64,000 nt of DNA from a virus. This document shows, piece by piece, positions 17,430 to 26,120 of the stretch (its first letter is position 1; each line of letters opens with the position of its first letter). The notes under the pieces were generated by a model. It was not told the DNA's origin. It made no database searches and saw only the letters and a list, made by a program, of their open reading frames with translations. Made by a program: the position numbers and the translations under genes. Location: the IMG/VR virus record IMGVR_UViG_3300032893_000031, positions 8,552 to 72,551 of that record. The stretch is one strand, 5' to 3'.

Positions 17430-17861
17430 TCAGGGTAGTTTGTGGACTAACGTGGCTGGTTGCGGCCGTGGTTTATTTTTGGGATCTGGCAGGAAATCGG
17501 TTTCCATCGGCTCGAACGTCTCGGCGGTCTCCGGCTTGTCGGCGACATACACGCCAAGAAGCTGGAAATCGGCCAGTGCGTTGGAGTAGCCCTCGCATTG
17601 GGCTTGAAGGATAGCGCGGGTTTGCAAGTCGGGAAAGCTGTCGAGCGAGAAGTTGCCTTGGTGGGTGTTGCGCAAGGCATCGAGCATCATCTTGGTTTCG
17701 GGCGCAGCCAACACCTGCTGGGCCTTCTTCACCATGTCGGGGATTCTACGCCATTCCTGCACGCGCATGGAGCAGGCATCCCGGTATTCCACCCGGATCT
17801 CAACCGGCTGTGGCGGGGACTTGCGGAACAACACTTTTAATTTTCTAAGCAACTCACGCAC
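17430..17861 (-). CDS. hypothetical protein, 143 aa
   Basis: ORF 17430-17903 trimmed to GTG 17861, which is preceded by AAGGAGG with a 6-nt spacer and lies just after the upstream TAA. Confidence 0.5.
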   Translation of the reverse strand: MRELLRKLKVLFRKSPPQPVEIRVEYRDACSMRVQEWRRIPDMVKKAQQVLAAPETKMMLDALRNTHQGNFSLDSFPDLQTRAILQAQCEGYSNALADFQLLGVYVADKPETAETFEPMETDFLPDPKNKPRPQPATLVHKLP

Positions 17862-17862
17862 T

Positions 17863-18219
17863 TTAAGCCTCCTTATCGGGTTCTGGCAATACCTTAGCCT
17901 CAACCGTCACCTTGCCTTCCTGGGTGATGACGCGGAACTCCCCAATGATTTGCTCGTCCCGCATGAGGCGGCTGAAATTGGGATGTTCCTCAAGGCGGAT
18001 TTTGTTGGTCCTGAGATAGTGCTGCAACCGGCGGCGGTCCTTTACCTTTTTGCTGTCGGCGAGGTTGAACACATGCGGGGGCAGGGCGTGGAACATCGCC
18101 TTGCGCAGCCAATGGCCTTTGGCGGACTGAATGGCTTGGGCCTTCTCTTGCAGGCGTTTCTCGAATTCGGACGGCAGACGGTTGAAGCCATCTCGGTTGA
18201 AAACAAAGCGTGCGCTCAT
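17863..18219 (-). CDS. hypothetical protein, 118 aa
   Basis: ORF 17863-18462 trimmed to ATG 18219 (ATGA overlap with the methyltransferase stop). Confidence 0.5.
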   Translation of the reverse strand: MSARFVFNRDGFNRLPSEFEKRLQEKAQAIQSAKGHWLRKAMFHALPPHVFNLADSKKVKDRRRLQHYLRTNKIRLEEHPNFSRLMRDEQIIGEFRVITQEGKVTVEAKVLPEPDKEA

Positions 18220-18815
18220 CCCTCTGTTCCCTCCATCCCGCCGATAATCGTTCGGGGCTTTGCTCGTTGCGGCGGCCATACCGGCTTCACCGGCGGCGGG
18301 ACAATCTTCTCCGCGACCAGCGCAAACGAGTAGGCGTTGCCCGGGAACGGCCAAAGCTCGAAGATGACTTTGGCCTCGCGCGGGAGTTTGGCTTTCACGA
18401 ATTCGAGCGAGAAGTCGGGATGCTTGTGCGCCCGGTTGGGTTCCCCGCCGTAAACCCGGCAATGTTCAAGGTAGGCTTTCTGGTCGGGCAGGAACATGAC
18501 GAGCTTGCCGCCGATCTTGAGCACCCTCAGCCACTCGCGGAGAATCAAGGTGGTGTCGGTGAAATCCTCGAGTACGTGTGAACTGTAGCAGAAATCCAAC
18601 GACTCATTCCTGAACCACACCAGATTGGCGGCGTCCCCGATCAGGTTGGTCGGCCATTCGTTGTCCTCGATTCGGCGGTGTGGGTGCCCGGGTGCTCGGT
18701 CGAGCGTCATCGCCCAGTCCACGATTGGCTGGCCACCGCCGAAGCCTAAATCCACGCCTGTCCCCGTACAGAACGGGGCCAGCTTTTCCCTTGCCGATTC
18801 GGTTTCTGTGCTCAT
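18216..18815 (-). CDS. class I SAM-dependent methyltransferase
   Basis: 199 aa. GVDLGFGGG (motif I-like), LDFCYSSHVLEDF and LRVLKIGGKLV match the Methyltransf_11/25 layout. Confidence 0.65.
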   Translation of the reverse strand: MSTETESAREKLAPFCTGTGVDLGFGGGQPIVDWAMTLDRAPGHPHRRIEDNEWPTNLIGDAANLVWFRNESLDFCYSSHVLEDFTDTTLILREWLRVLKIGGKLVMFLPDQKAYLEHCRVYGGEPNRAHKHPDFSLEFVKAKLPREAKVIFELWPFPGNAYSFALVAEKIVPPPVKPVWPPQRAKPRTIIGGMEGTEG

Positions 18816-19483
18816 AAGACAGTTAGTTCCATCCCGGTTTCATCTATCAGGTAATCATACCCGATCTGGTTGAAGTGATTGGTGGGGTCAAGCTGTTTGT
18901 ATTTGTCCACGCGGGCCTGACGCAGTTCGGGCGTGCTCATGCCGTAGTGAAGAAGCTGGCACTCGGTCTCCATCGTTTTGCCGTGGGGCAGGCATTGGGC
19001 GTGCAGTCTGGCCGTGGCGTTGCCCTGCCAGTGAACGAATCCGCCCAGGAGCGGGTTGCGATGGACAACCACCTTGCGCTTGCGCCCCCAGATGCCGTCC
19101 GAGCGGTATTGAAGCGGGTTGGCCGACCAAACCTCGCGCACGCGATAGCTGATAAGGTCGCAGCCCTTGTGAACGGCAACTTCAATTTGCTGATGCAGCC
19201 CATCGCGGGTGATTGATGGTTCGAGCAATTCGTCATCGTCCAAGAGCAATACCCAATCGCAGCCGTGCGCGGCGGCGCGGGCCAGGAGCGTCAGGTGGTT
19301 GGTCCAGTCGTTCCATTCCTCGTTCTTGCGAGCCAGCCGAGCAATTTCATCCGGCAACCCGCTGGACCATTCCACGTTGTCGGCCAGGACGATGACGGCA
19401 TCGCACAGGGCGACAAGCTGGTTCAGGCTGCCGAAGTCCGGCTTGCTCTCGCGGCCAATGGGCATGAGTCCAGCAATCTTCAT
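18812..19483 (-). CDS. GT-A-type glycosyltransferase candidate (GT2-like)
   Basis: Trimmed to ATG 19483 (ATGA overlap). WVLLLDDDELLEP is a DxD-type motif. Confidence 0.5.
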   Translation of the reverse strand: MKIAGLMPIGRESKPDFGSLNQLVALCDAVIVLADNVEWSSGLPDEIARLARKNEEWNDWTNHLTLLARAAAHGCDWVLLLDDDELLEPSITRDGLHQQIEVAVHKGCDLISYRVREVWSANPLQYRSDGIWGRKRKVVVHRNPLLGGFVHWQGNATARLHAQCLPHGKTMETECQLLHYGMSTPELRQARVDKYKQLDPTNHFNQIGYDYLIDETGMELTVL

Positions 19484-20133
19484 GGCTTCACCTTTTGGTA
19501 GTCGTAGGGCGTATCCCGCCATGTCCCCTCGTAATAATGGGCCGCGCAAGTCTCAGGAAACCGCTGCGTCGGTGGTTCACCGCGGAAGGGGAAGAACGGG
19601 AAGAACACCCTCGGGTTCTCGACGAGCGGGAATTTCGGCTCAAACCGCTGGTATTCGCGGCTGAGAAAGCCCGTGCTCAGCCGGTGAGTCATTGTCTCTC
19701 GATGGTGCGTCTCATACGACTCGGGCGCGTGTTCGATGACGGCCTTGATGAACGGGTGACGAGGCACCGCGGCGAGAATTGTATCGGCAATCCAGCCGGG
19801 GATGTGCTCGTCCTCACGGGCGAGCATGATGTCCCGGCCCTCAAGGTGCTGCTCGATGTTCCTGAAACACTCGAAATCGCAATGCAGATAAACCCCGCCG
19901 TAGATGTAAAGAAGTTCGTACTGCAGGAGCAAAAACTTGGCATCGGTTTCCGGCGCGGCGTCGAACAGTTTTTGGTTGATCAGCGGGTAGGGCAGATTGT
20001 CGGCGTTCCAGAAATACACCTGCCAGCCGTTGTGATGGCGAAGCCACGACACCATGTACTCGGCGAACCTCGGCGGGAATAGCCTTGGCCCAAGGCCAAG
20101 CCAGCACCAGTGAAATATCTTCGGGATTCTCAC
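19480..20133 (-). CDS. glycosyltransferase, GT32 / Gly_transf_sug-like
   Basis: Trimmed to GTG 20133 (GTGA overlap). IPKIFHWCWLG and FLLLQYELLYIYGGVYLHCDFEC match the mannosyltransferase-type DXD family. Confidence 0.6.
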   Translation of the reverse strand: MRIPKIFHWCWLGLGPRLFPPRFAEYMVSWLRHHNGWQVYFWNADNLPYPLINQKLFDAAPETDAKFLLLQYELLYIYGGVYLHCDFECFRNIEQHLEGRDIMLAREDEHIPGWIADTILAAVPRHPFIKAVIEHAPESYETHHRETMTHRLSTGFLSREYQRFEPKFPLVENPRVFFPFFPFRGEPPTQRFPETCAAHYYEGTWRDTPYDYQKVKP

Positions 20134-21038
20134 AGCAACTCCATCACCGCATTTCTCCACTCGCGGGCGTAGCGGGAGATTCCAAACCGCGCAACGGCAT
20201 CCTGCCTGGCCCAATAGGCTATGCCCGCCCCAAAGTCATGGTCGGACAGCACGCGGCGAACGCCGGCAAACCAGTCCTGCTCCGAGGTTGCGACGTAGGC
20301 GTTCCATTCGTGGATGAACAGGTCGGCCATGTTCTCCGACTGGAAGGTGACAATCGGCAGCCCCACCAGCATGGCCTCGATGGTGCTCATCGTCACCAGC
20401 CGCGAGGGGTTCAGGTAGGCCCGATGCGAGCGGTAGATGCTCAGCAGGTCAGTGAATGATTGCGGCTTAATGCGGTGGTAAGGCTGGGCGGGCACATTGT
20501 TGCCATCCCCGCAGAGGGTAATCTGATTCGACAGGTCGGACGGCATGTCCAGAATCAGCTTTGCCCCCTTCTCCAACCGCGCGGGCAGGTTGTAGCCGAC
20601 CATCAAAGCGCGATCCCCGCAGTAGCGATTCCAACCGCTCCACAGGTCCACATCAAAGCCGTGCTCGATGACGCGGGCCAGCGTGTCGGGCATCTGCCAG
20701 CGGCGGCGGGCCTCAACTGAGTGAAACACATAGCGGTCCACCAGCGGGCGCCAATCTCTGCCGGGGATGACGGCGGGCCGCATCACGCACTCCATGAAGA
20801 TCAGGGGTAGGCGGTAGATTTTGAAGGCTTCCAAGGATTGCTCGTTGGTTGCAATGGCCACATCCCAATCGCGTTCCTCGACATCCTCGGGCGTCAAGAC
20901 CGAGAGATTGGCCGGCTTGGGGCGGGTCGTTTCATCCCACCAACCGCCGAGGTTGTCCCCGACAATCGCCATGCGGTCGAACACCTGGCAGAGATTGAAT
21001 ATCTCCCCGCCGTGATGGGCTGCGATGAGGGCTTTCAT
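20130..21038 (-). CDS. GT-B-type glycosyltransferase candidate (GT4-like)
   Basis: Trimmed to ATG 21038 (ATGA overlap). C-terminal STIEAMLVGLPIVT resembles the Glycos_transf_1 core. Confidence 0.5.
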   Translation of the reverse strand: MKALIAAHHGGEIFNLCQVFDRMAIVGDNLGGWWDETTRPKPANLSVLTPEDVEERDWDVAIATNEQSLEAFKIYRLPLIFMECVMRPAVIPGRDWRPLVDRYVFHSVEARRRWQMPDTLARVIEHGFDVDLWSGWNRYCGDRALMVGYNLPARLEKGAKLILDMPSDLSNQITLCGDGNNVPAQPYHRIKPQSFTDLLSIYRSHRAYLNPSRLVTMSTIEAMLVGLPIVTFQSENMADLFIHEWNAYVATSEQDWFAGVRRVLSDHDFGAGIAYWARQDAVARFGISRYAREWRNAVMELL

Positions 21039-21733
21039 GGGCGGACATGGGCCAGCCAAGCGCCCCAACCATTCAGGGCGGCGGTCTGCCGGCCGTGAAA
21101 GCCGAATTGACCCGTATAGACAACGTTCTCAGCCGAGAAGCGTCTGGCAATACTCTCGGGCGCGAACCGCATCCCCTCACGTTCGAGCCAAGGTCGGATG
21201 CTCCGGCATATCCATCGGTCGCTGCTGGCCAATCCGGGGTCGTTCTTATGTTCATACGCGGCATCGGATACCAACTCGCAGAACTTGCGGCTTCTGAGGG
21301 AGAAACCGCCGTTCCCGACATTGTTAGCCTCCGTGCATGGCGGCCATCCCGAATCGTGATGATCGCACCAGGGGGCACCGATGTAGGAGTATTTCAGCCA
21401 GCCGTCATCCCATGCGTCGGGATTCAGCACCGCCGAGTCCCACTCTTGTAGGAGAAGATGGCTCGTCCTCACATGCTTGTGCAGTTCGGTGAGGATGCTC
21501 CACTCGTAGCCAAGCGTAGTCGCGTGCGAGCCTGGGATGTTCTGGAAATGCTTATCGTCGTGCGAGTGCCGAACAATCTGCAACCCCGGCGGCGGCTTGG
21601 GCACCGGCTGGTCGGTGAGCAGCTTGGCCTCGGCAAACTTCACCCACTTCATGCTTTGGGCCATCACGTCAGCCGTGCGTTGCGGCTTGAACGTGTCAAT
21701 CGAGATCAGGGTGACTTGGGGGAGATGAAGCAT
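21035..21733 (-). CDS. DUF5672-family protein (putative glycosyltransferase)
   Basis: 232 aa. GNGGFSLRSRK is the hallmark motif I associate with DUF5672. Confidence 0.55.
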   Translation of the reverse strand: MLHLPQVTLISIDTFKPQRTADVMAQSMKWVKFAEAKLLTDQPVPKPPPGLQIVRHSHDDKHFQNIPGSHATTLGYEWSILTELHKHVRTSHLLLQEWDSAVLNPDAWDDGWLKYSYIGAPWCDHHDSGWPPCTEANNVGNGGFSLRSRKFCELVSDAAYEHKNDPGLASSDRWICRSIRPWLEREGMRFAPESIARRFSAENVVYTGQFGFHGRQTAALNGWGAWLAHVRP

Positions 21734-21735
21734 GG

Positions 21736-22506
21736 TTATGGCTGCGGTTCAAGGCACAGCCTCCGCATTTTGCCGCCGAGGCTTTCGCGGCTTTGTTTCC
21801 AAATCGTTTCCATCTTCTGCTTGGCCTTCCCCCAACAGTGGACGGTAGCCATCTTCACGGGCTGCTCGTAGCGAAACCAGTAGGGGATGCCGTCGGCAAA
21901 CACGATGTCCCGGTGGCCCTCGAATTGGGAGGCTCCGGGGAGCATCAGGTAAAGCGAGTGGCAGATGTTCCATTCGTGAAACCAGCCCTCAAGCATCGGC
22001 TGGCCCAACCGCTCAAGCTGCGGGTTAATCACGTTGCCATCCGAAACCATGCGCGGGTCTTGCGATGCCTGAACCTCGCGGCGGGCCTTGAAAACCTCCA
22101 TGTAATAGTCGGCAATCACGCGGGCACCCTCGCGGGTGATGAACCGCGCCCCGGTCGGTCGGGCAGTCGCCAGCGTCAGTTTCGAGCGCACCTGCTCGAG
22201 TACCGGCGACAGATTGGCGAACAGCAGAACGTCGCTGTCCATGACGAACACCAACTCTTTGCCGTTCTTCTCCATCCAGTCAGCCAGCAGGAACCATTGC
22301 TCGAAACACCATCGCTCGAACGGCAACCCGTTGTTGCTGGTGTGCCGGTAATGCTTGCGGAACTCGTCAACGGCGGCGCAGGGAAACTCGTCAACGACAG
22401 CCACGCCATGCCCGGTCGCAGCCGCCGATTCAATGGCCCATTTCATGCCGGGGAATGATTTACCGAACGTGCGCGTGCTTTGCATGATGACGACTTCGAC
22501 GCTCAT
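21736..22506 (-). CDS. glycosyltransferase-like protein (DSD motif)
   Basis: Trimmed to ATG 22506 (ATGA overlap). LVFVMDSDVLLF is a DxD-like motif. The family was not identified. Confidence 0.4.
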   Translation of the reverse strand: MSVEVVIMQSTRTFGKSFPGMKWAIESAAATGHGVAVVDEFPCAAVDEFRKHYRHTSNNGLPFERWCFEQWFLLADWMEKNGKELVFVMDSDVLLFANLSPVLEQVRSKLTLATARPTGARFITREGARVIADYYMEVFKARREVQASQDPRMVSDGNVINPQLERLGQPMLEGWFHEWNICHSLYLMLPGASQFEGHRDIVFADGIPYWFRYEQPVKMATVHCWGKAKQKMETIWKQSRESLGGKMRRLCLEPQP

Positions 22507-23174
22507 ACAGGAAGTGGGATGCCGAGGCAGCGGCACTCCTGCACAATGAAGTCCAGGGCGGCTTTATCCTTGATGCCGTGAATGGCGCGGGCGCCGTGTT
22601 GCAGGGCGTCCAGCAACAAGCCGGCGGTGGGTGAGAATAATGGCTGAATTGTGCCCTCGCCATATCCTGGGGGCGAGAAGGGCAACACCGGCACACCCGC
22701 AACCTGACAGATAGCGGCCATGAAGCGGTCTCCCGCCCCTTCCTCCATTATCGTGGGATAGCGGTCGGTGATTTCCAGCAGGCGCAACACGCTGGCGCGG
22801 TCCACCGTCCAGGGCACCAGCGGGTAGCGGGGCGCCATGAATCGTGAGGGTTCGGTGTTCGGCATGAGCACCCCCGTCAGCCCGTTGGGAAACTCAATGC
22901 GCTTTTGCAGCAGCAGCGAGTCATACTCGAAGATCGCCGCGTGCGAATGCCCGCTTTTGGCAAACCAATGCAGGACCGCCTTAATCTTGTTGATGGCATC
23001 AGCCCCGGAGTGGCAGCTTGGCCCGTAGGTGAATTGCTGGTGCCGGGTCTCAACTGGGGCATCCGAGGATTGGGCAACCACGACAGGCAGGCCGTGCCAT
23101 TCCCAAAACGGCAGGTGCCGGTCAAAGGTTTCCTGCGCGGCCTTGTGCGGGAGGATGATGACGATGGGGTTCAT
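22503..23174 (-). CDS. hypothetical protein of the glycosylation island (GT-A-like?)
   Basis: Trimmed to ATG 23174 (ATGA overlap). NPIVIILPHK and AAIFEYDSLLL are weakly GT-like. Confidence 0.35.
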   Translation of the reverse strand: MNPIVIILPHKAAQETFDRHLPFWEWHGLPVVVAQSSDAPVETRHQQFTYGPSCHSGADAINKIKAVLHWFAKSGHSHAAIFEYDSLLLQKRIEFPNGLTGVLMPNTEPSRFMAPRYPLVPWTVDRASVLRLLEITDRYPTIMEEGAGDRFMAAICQVAGVPVLPFSPPGYGEGTIQPLFSPTAGLLLDALQHGARAIHGIKDKAALDFIVQECRCLGIPLPV

Positions 23175-24709
23175 GGTAGCCACTCCTCAAATTGCTCAAT
23201 CGGGTCGTCCTGATTCATAAAGGTCTCGCGCTCGAACATGCAGTCCCGGCCGCCGTGCCAGCTTTCCTGATACACCCGCTGGCCCATTGCCAGGGCGAGC
23301 GAGCAGGGAAAGCTCTGGTTCGCGGCTACGGCCTTCCCGCCGGCAATCACCCGCGCCATTTCAAGAAAGTCGTAAACCCGATAGTAGGACACCCTCCCGA
23401 ATTGCCGAACAAACTCCCGGTATTCATCTTCCAACCCGACGAAAAGCATTTCCCGCCCGTATCGCTTCACCAGCTCGCGCCACGGGAAGTCCTTGGCCTG
23501 ATAGCGAAAGCTGCGGTGAACGATGATCTTGCCCGTCCAAATCGGCTCGCCAGCCTCCAGCCACGGTTCATCCTGTTTCATCAGGTGGCGCACGCCCGCG
23601 GCGTAACAGTGCATCTCGCAGAGGTTGTGAATGCGCTCGTTCTGGCGCAGCGTCCAGTTGTTCCAATGGTCGCGGAACTTATTCAGGTCATACTGGACGG
23701 CCTTGCCGGGATACTTCGGAGTAAATGACACCGAGCGCAGATACCGCTGAGCCTCCAACAGCGGGAGCGCCATGTCGAATTGCTCGCGGGTGATGGGCAC
23801 CATGCAAGGCATCGTCCCGTTTTGCTGCGGGCCGAGGACGAGTTCACCCCCGCCGTGCAGCTTGATGGCGTACAGCCCGTAGATGATGTCCCCGAGGTTG
23901 CCGGAATGGTAGTAGGATGACCCCCGCCGGAGCAGGGCTCGCACGGGCTTAATCATCATCGCCCGAACCGCTTGCAGGAAGTTGGGGTCGAACGCATACG
24001 AAACGGTGTTGCGCTTCTCGCGCAGGCGGGTGATCAGGGTGTCATCTTTACAGGCATGGAAGATCACAGCCCGCTTATCAATCCGGCGAACATCGGCCTG
24101 ACTTGGAAAAGTCCATGTTTCATTCGTCACCCGGTTGCCGCGCTCATGGTGCATTAGGTGGGTTGGATGCGTGTGCCGCAACGTCATGTGCGGGCGCGTG
24201 CAATCCCACGGAAGCTGCTCGGCGACTAGAATGTAGTGGTTGTACTTGGCGATGTCTGGTGGGTAGATCGCGCAACCGGTCAGGTGGTTCTCCTTTTTGG
24301 TCGCGCTCATCCACGGATAGATGACGCCCATGAATGGCTTCTTCGCCCAATAATACTCGGTCTCCAAAGCCGTCAGCCAGCCGGGAGAAAGTGGCACGCA
24401 ATCGGGCTCGCACCAGTAAAACGCTTCGTCATAATTCTCTTTGACGTAAATCGCCGCCACCCGAAACAGCTTGTTGCACGCCCTCGGCCAGCCGCCTTCC
24501 TCGACGCGGGTCTGCTTGATGGCCGTCACCCGCCCGAACGTCTGCTTGGCAATGCGCGTGGCCTCGTCAATTTCCTCCTGCGGGACTTGCGAGGAAGCGA
24601 CGAGCAGCGCCTTGTGCTGCGGCATCTTTGGGTCAAGCTCGACGATCCACCGTAGAAGCTCTTGGGCTTGGTGGAAATCTTTGTGACAAAAGGCGATGAC
24701 TACGAGCAA
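23171..24709 (-). CDS. two-domain glycosyltransferase-like protein (C-terminal GT9/heptosyltransferase-like)
   Basis: 512 aa. The C-terminal half starts YYHSGNLGDIIYGLYAIKLHGG, reminiscent of GT9 N-termini. The N-terminal half is unassigned. Confidence 0.4.
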   Translation of the reverse strand: MLVVIAFCHKDFHQAQELLRWIVELDPKMPQHKALLVASSQVPQEEIDEATRIAKQTFGRVTAIKQTRVEEGGWPRACNKLFRVAAIYVKENYDEAFYWCEPDCVPLSPGWLTALETEYYWAKKPFMGVIYPWMSATKKENHLTGCAIYPPDIAKYNHYILVAEQLPWDCTRPHMTLRHTHPTHLMHHERGNRVTNETWTFPSQADVRRIDKRAVIFHACKDDTLITRLREKRNTVSYAFDPNFLQAVRAMMIKPVRALLRRGSSYYHSGNLGDIIYGLYAIKLHGGGELVLGPQQNGTMPCMVPITREQFDMALPLLEAQRYLRSVSFTPKYPGKAVQYDLNKFRDHWNNWTLRQNERIHNLCEMHCYAAGVRHLMKQDEPWLEAGEPIWTGKIIVHRSFRYQAKDFPWRELVKRYGREMLFVGLEDEYREFVRQFGRVSYYRVYDFLEMARVIAGGKAVAANQSFPCSLALAMGQRVYQESWHGGRDCMFERETFMNQDDPIEQFEEWLP

Positions 24710-24936
24710 GGACGCTCCCCTTTCTGCTCAGCAATCGAAACATCAAACATCCACCCGCGATGTCGCATCAGCTCGTCCATCGTGAGGTCGCGGTCTATCG
24801 CGCCCGGAAAGTAATCGCGCACCGCGTCTGCGATCCGCTTCCTGTCCAAGTCGTATTGCTTCATCAGTTCCGGGGTGACCGGATTGCCCTTGAAAGACTT
24901 CACCCGATAGGTGCGTTGCTCAAAGGCGACGATCAT
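24700..24936 (-). CDS. hypothetical protein, 78 aa
   Basis: ORF 24700-24981 trimmed to ATG 24936 (ATGA overlap). Confidence 0.45.
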   Translation of the reverse strand: MIVAFEQRTYRVKSFKGNPVTPELMKQYDLDRKRIADAVRDYFPGAIDRDLTMDELMRHRGWMFDVSIAEQKGERPCS

Positions 24937-25157
24937 AATCCAATCGCCTTTCGGTACGCCGCAATTTCCTGCTCCGTCCACGGCCTCAACCCCGCTTCCT
25001 TGAGCGAGAGCGACGGATGCGAAATCCCCATGTCCTTGGCCACCGCCGTCAGCTTGAAGTTGGCCTTCTCACGAAGCTGTTTGAGTTCCGCCCCGGTGCT
25101 CACGCGGTCTATCGCGCGGCCAGTGCCTTTGCAGGCGGGACAGGGTTTATCTGACAT
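24933..25157 (-). CDS. zinc-finger plus HTH regulator (XRE-like)
   Basis: 74 aa. CPACKGTG motif followed by LKQLREKANFKLTAVAKDMGISHPSLSLKEAG, an HTH-like segment. It is the first gene after an intergenic palindrome. Confidence 0.55.
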   Translation of the reverse strand: MSDKPCPACKGTGRAIDRVSTGAELKQLREKANFKLTAVAKDMGISHPSLSLKEAGLRPWTEQEIAAYRKAIGL

Positions 25158-25164
25158 AGACCAA

Positions 25165-25184
25165 GCGTTACGCTATTGTAACGC
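25165..25184. promoter_or_regulatory. palindromic operator-like site upstream of the HTH gene
   Basis: GCGTTAC-gctatt-GTAACGC, 8 nt upstream of ATG 25157. On the minus strand it contains TACAAT (25180-25175), a -10-like hexamer. Confidence 0.4.
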
Positions 25185-25211
25185 CTGAGTCAACGGCTTT
25201 TTGAAGATTTT

Positions 25212-25478
25212 TTACGGCCAGGTTTGGCCGAAGGGACGACGGCGGCTGGCCTGAGTGCGGGACTTCGCGCTGCGGGCGGGCTGGCGGGGTGCCTTGCCGT
25301 GAGAGTGGGACATGGGGGCTGGTCCGTGCTTGGCCCCGGCGTGCTGGCTGACGGGGCGGCGCGGCCACGGAAGATTCCAGGCCCCAAACGTTTTCCTGGC
25401 AAGTGTGTCCGCCTGTCGGTCAATGCTTGCTTGGTTTTGCGCGGTGACGGCTCGATCTTTCTCGTTTTGGTCATTCAT
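25212..25478 (-). CDS. hypothetical basic protein, 88 aa
   Basis: ORF track; ATGA overlap with the HNH-AP2 gene stop; Arg/Pro/Ala-rich. Confidence 0.35.
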   Translation of the reverse strand: MNDQNEKDRAVTAQNQASIDRQADTLARKTFGAWNLPWPRRPVSQHAGAKHGPAPMSHSHGKAPRQPARSAKSRTQASRRRPFGQTWP

Positions 25479-25969
25479 ATCAATCCCATTTGCTGATTCG
25501 TTCTGGCAAATTCACCAAAGTAGGCTAATGCCGCTGCGTCATAAGCGCGAGCGGCATCTTTAGGAGATACGAATCTTCCAAGGTAGAACATTCGGTCCCC
25601 TCTGGAAATCTGAGCCTCCCATTTGCCAGACCGGAATCGCACCCCCTTATATCCAGACGCGTTATTTTTGTGCAGGGCCATGTTCCCGTTGTTTTGAACA
25701 TAATCGCAACGCCGGAGGTTGCTCCGCTGATTGTTCAATCCGTTGCCATCCTTATGATCACACCGCTCTCCTCGTTGGAGGCCGAGAATTACACGGTGCA
25801 TGTCTATGTTCCCTACCCTCCTGGGGTTTTCTGGCCCACGTTGTTTGCGGCGGCAGGCGTAGAACGTGTTCCAAGATGGCCTGGCGCACCAGCTCCATTG
25901 GATTAGCCATTCATAATCTTCGTCATCAACTAAGGCGACCAAGCCTCTCGTTAGTGGAATCTCTTTCAT
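25475..25969 (-). CDS. HNH homing endonuclease with AP2 DNA-binding domain
   Basis: 164 aa. The segment DHKDGNGLNNQRSNLR matches HNH_3. The segment SGYKGVRFRSGKWEAQI..YLGRF..AARAYDAAALAYFGEFA matches AP2. Confidence 0.8.
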   Translation of the reverse strand: MKEIPLTRGLVALVDDEDYEWLIQWSWCARPSWNTFYACRRKQRGPENPRRVGNIDMHRVILGLQRGERCDHKDGNGLNNQRSNLRRCDYVQNNGNMALHKNNASGYKGVRFRSGKWEAQISRGDRMFYLGRFVSPKDAARAYDAAALAYFGEFARTNQQMGLI

Positions 25970-26120
25970 TGGGAATAAAGAGCACCCGCCGCCGAGCGTT
26001 CAAACACGCAAGAACTGAAGAAGTCCCCGCCGTTCGGCAACGGATGCTTAAAGGTTGCTGTGTGTCCATCGGGTTTGAATCCGACGCAAGAACACTACGG
26101 CACCAAATGCCAGGAGTCAA

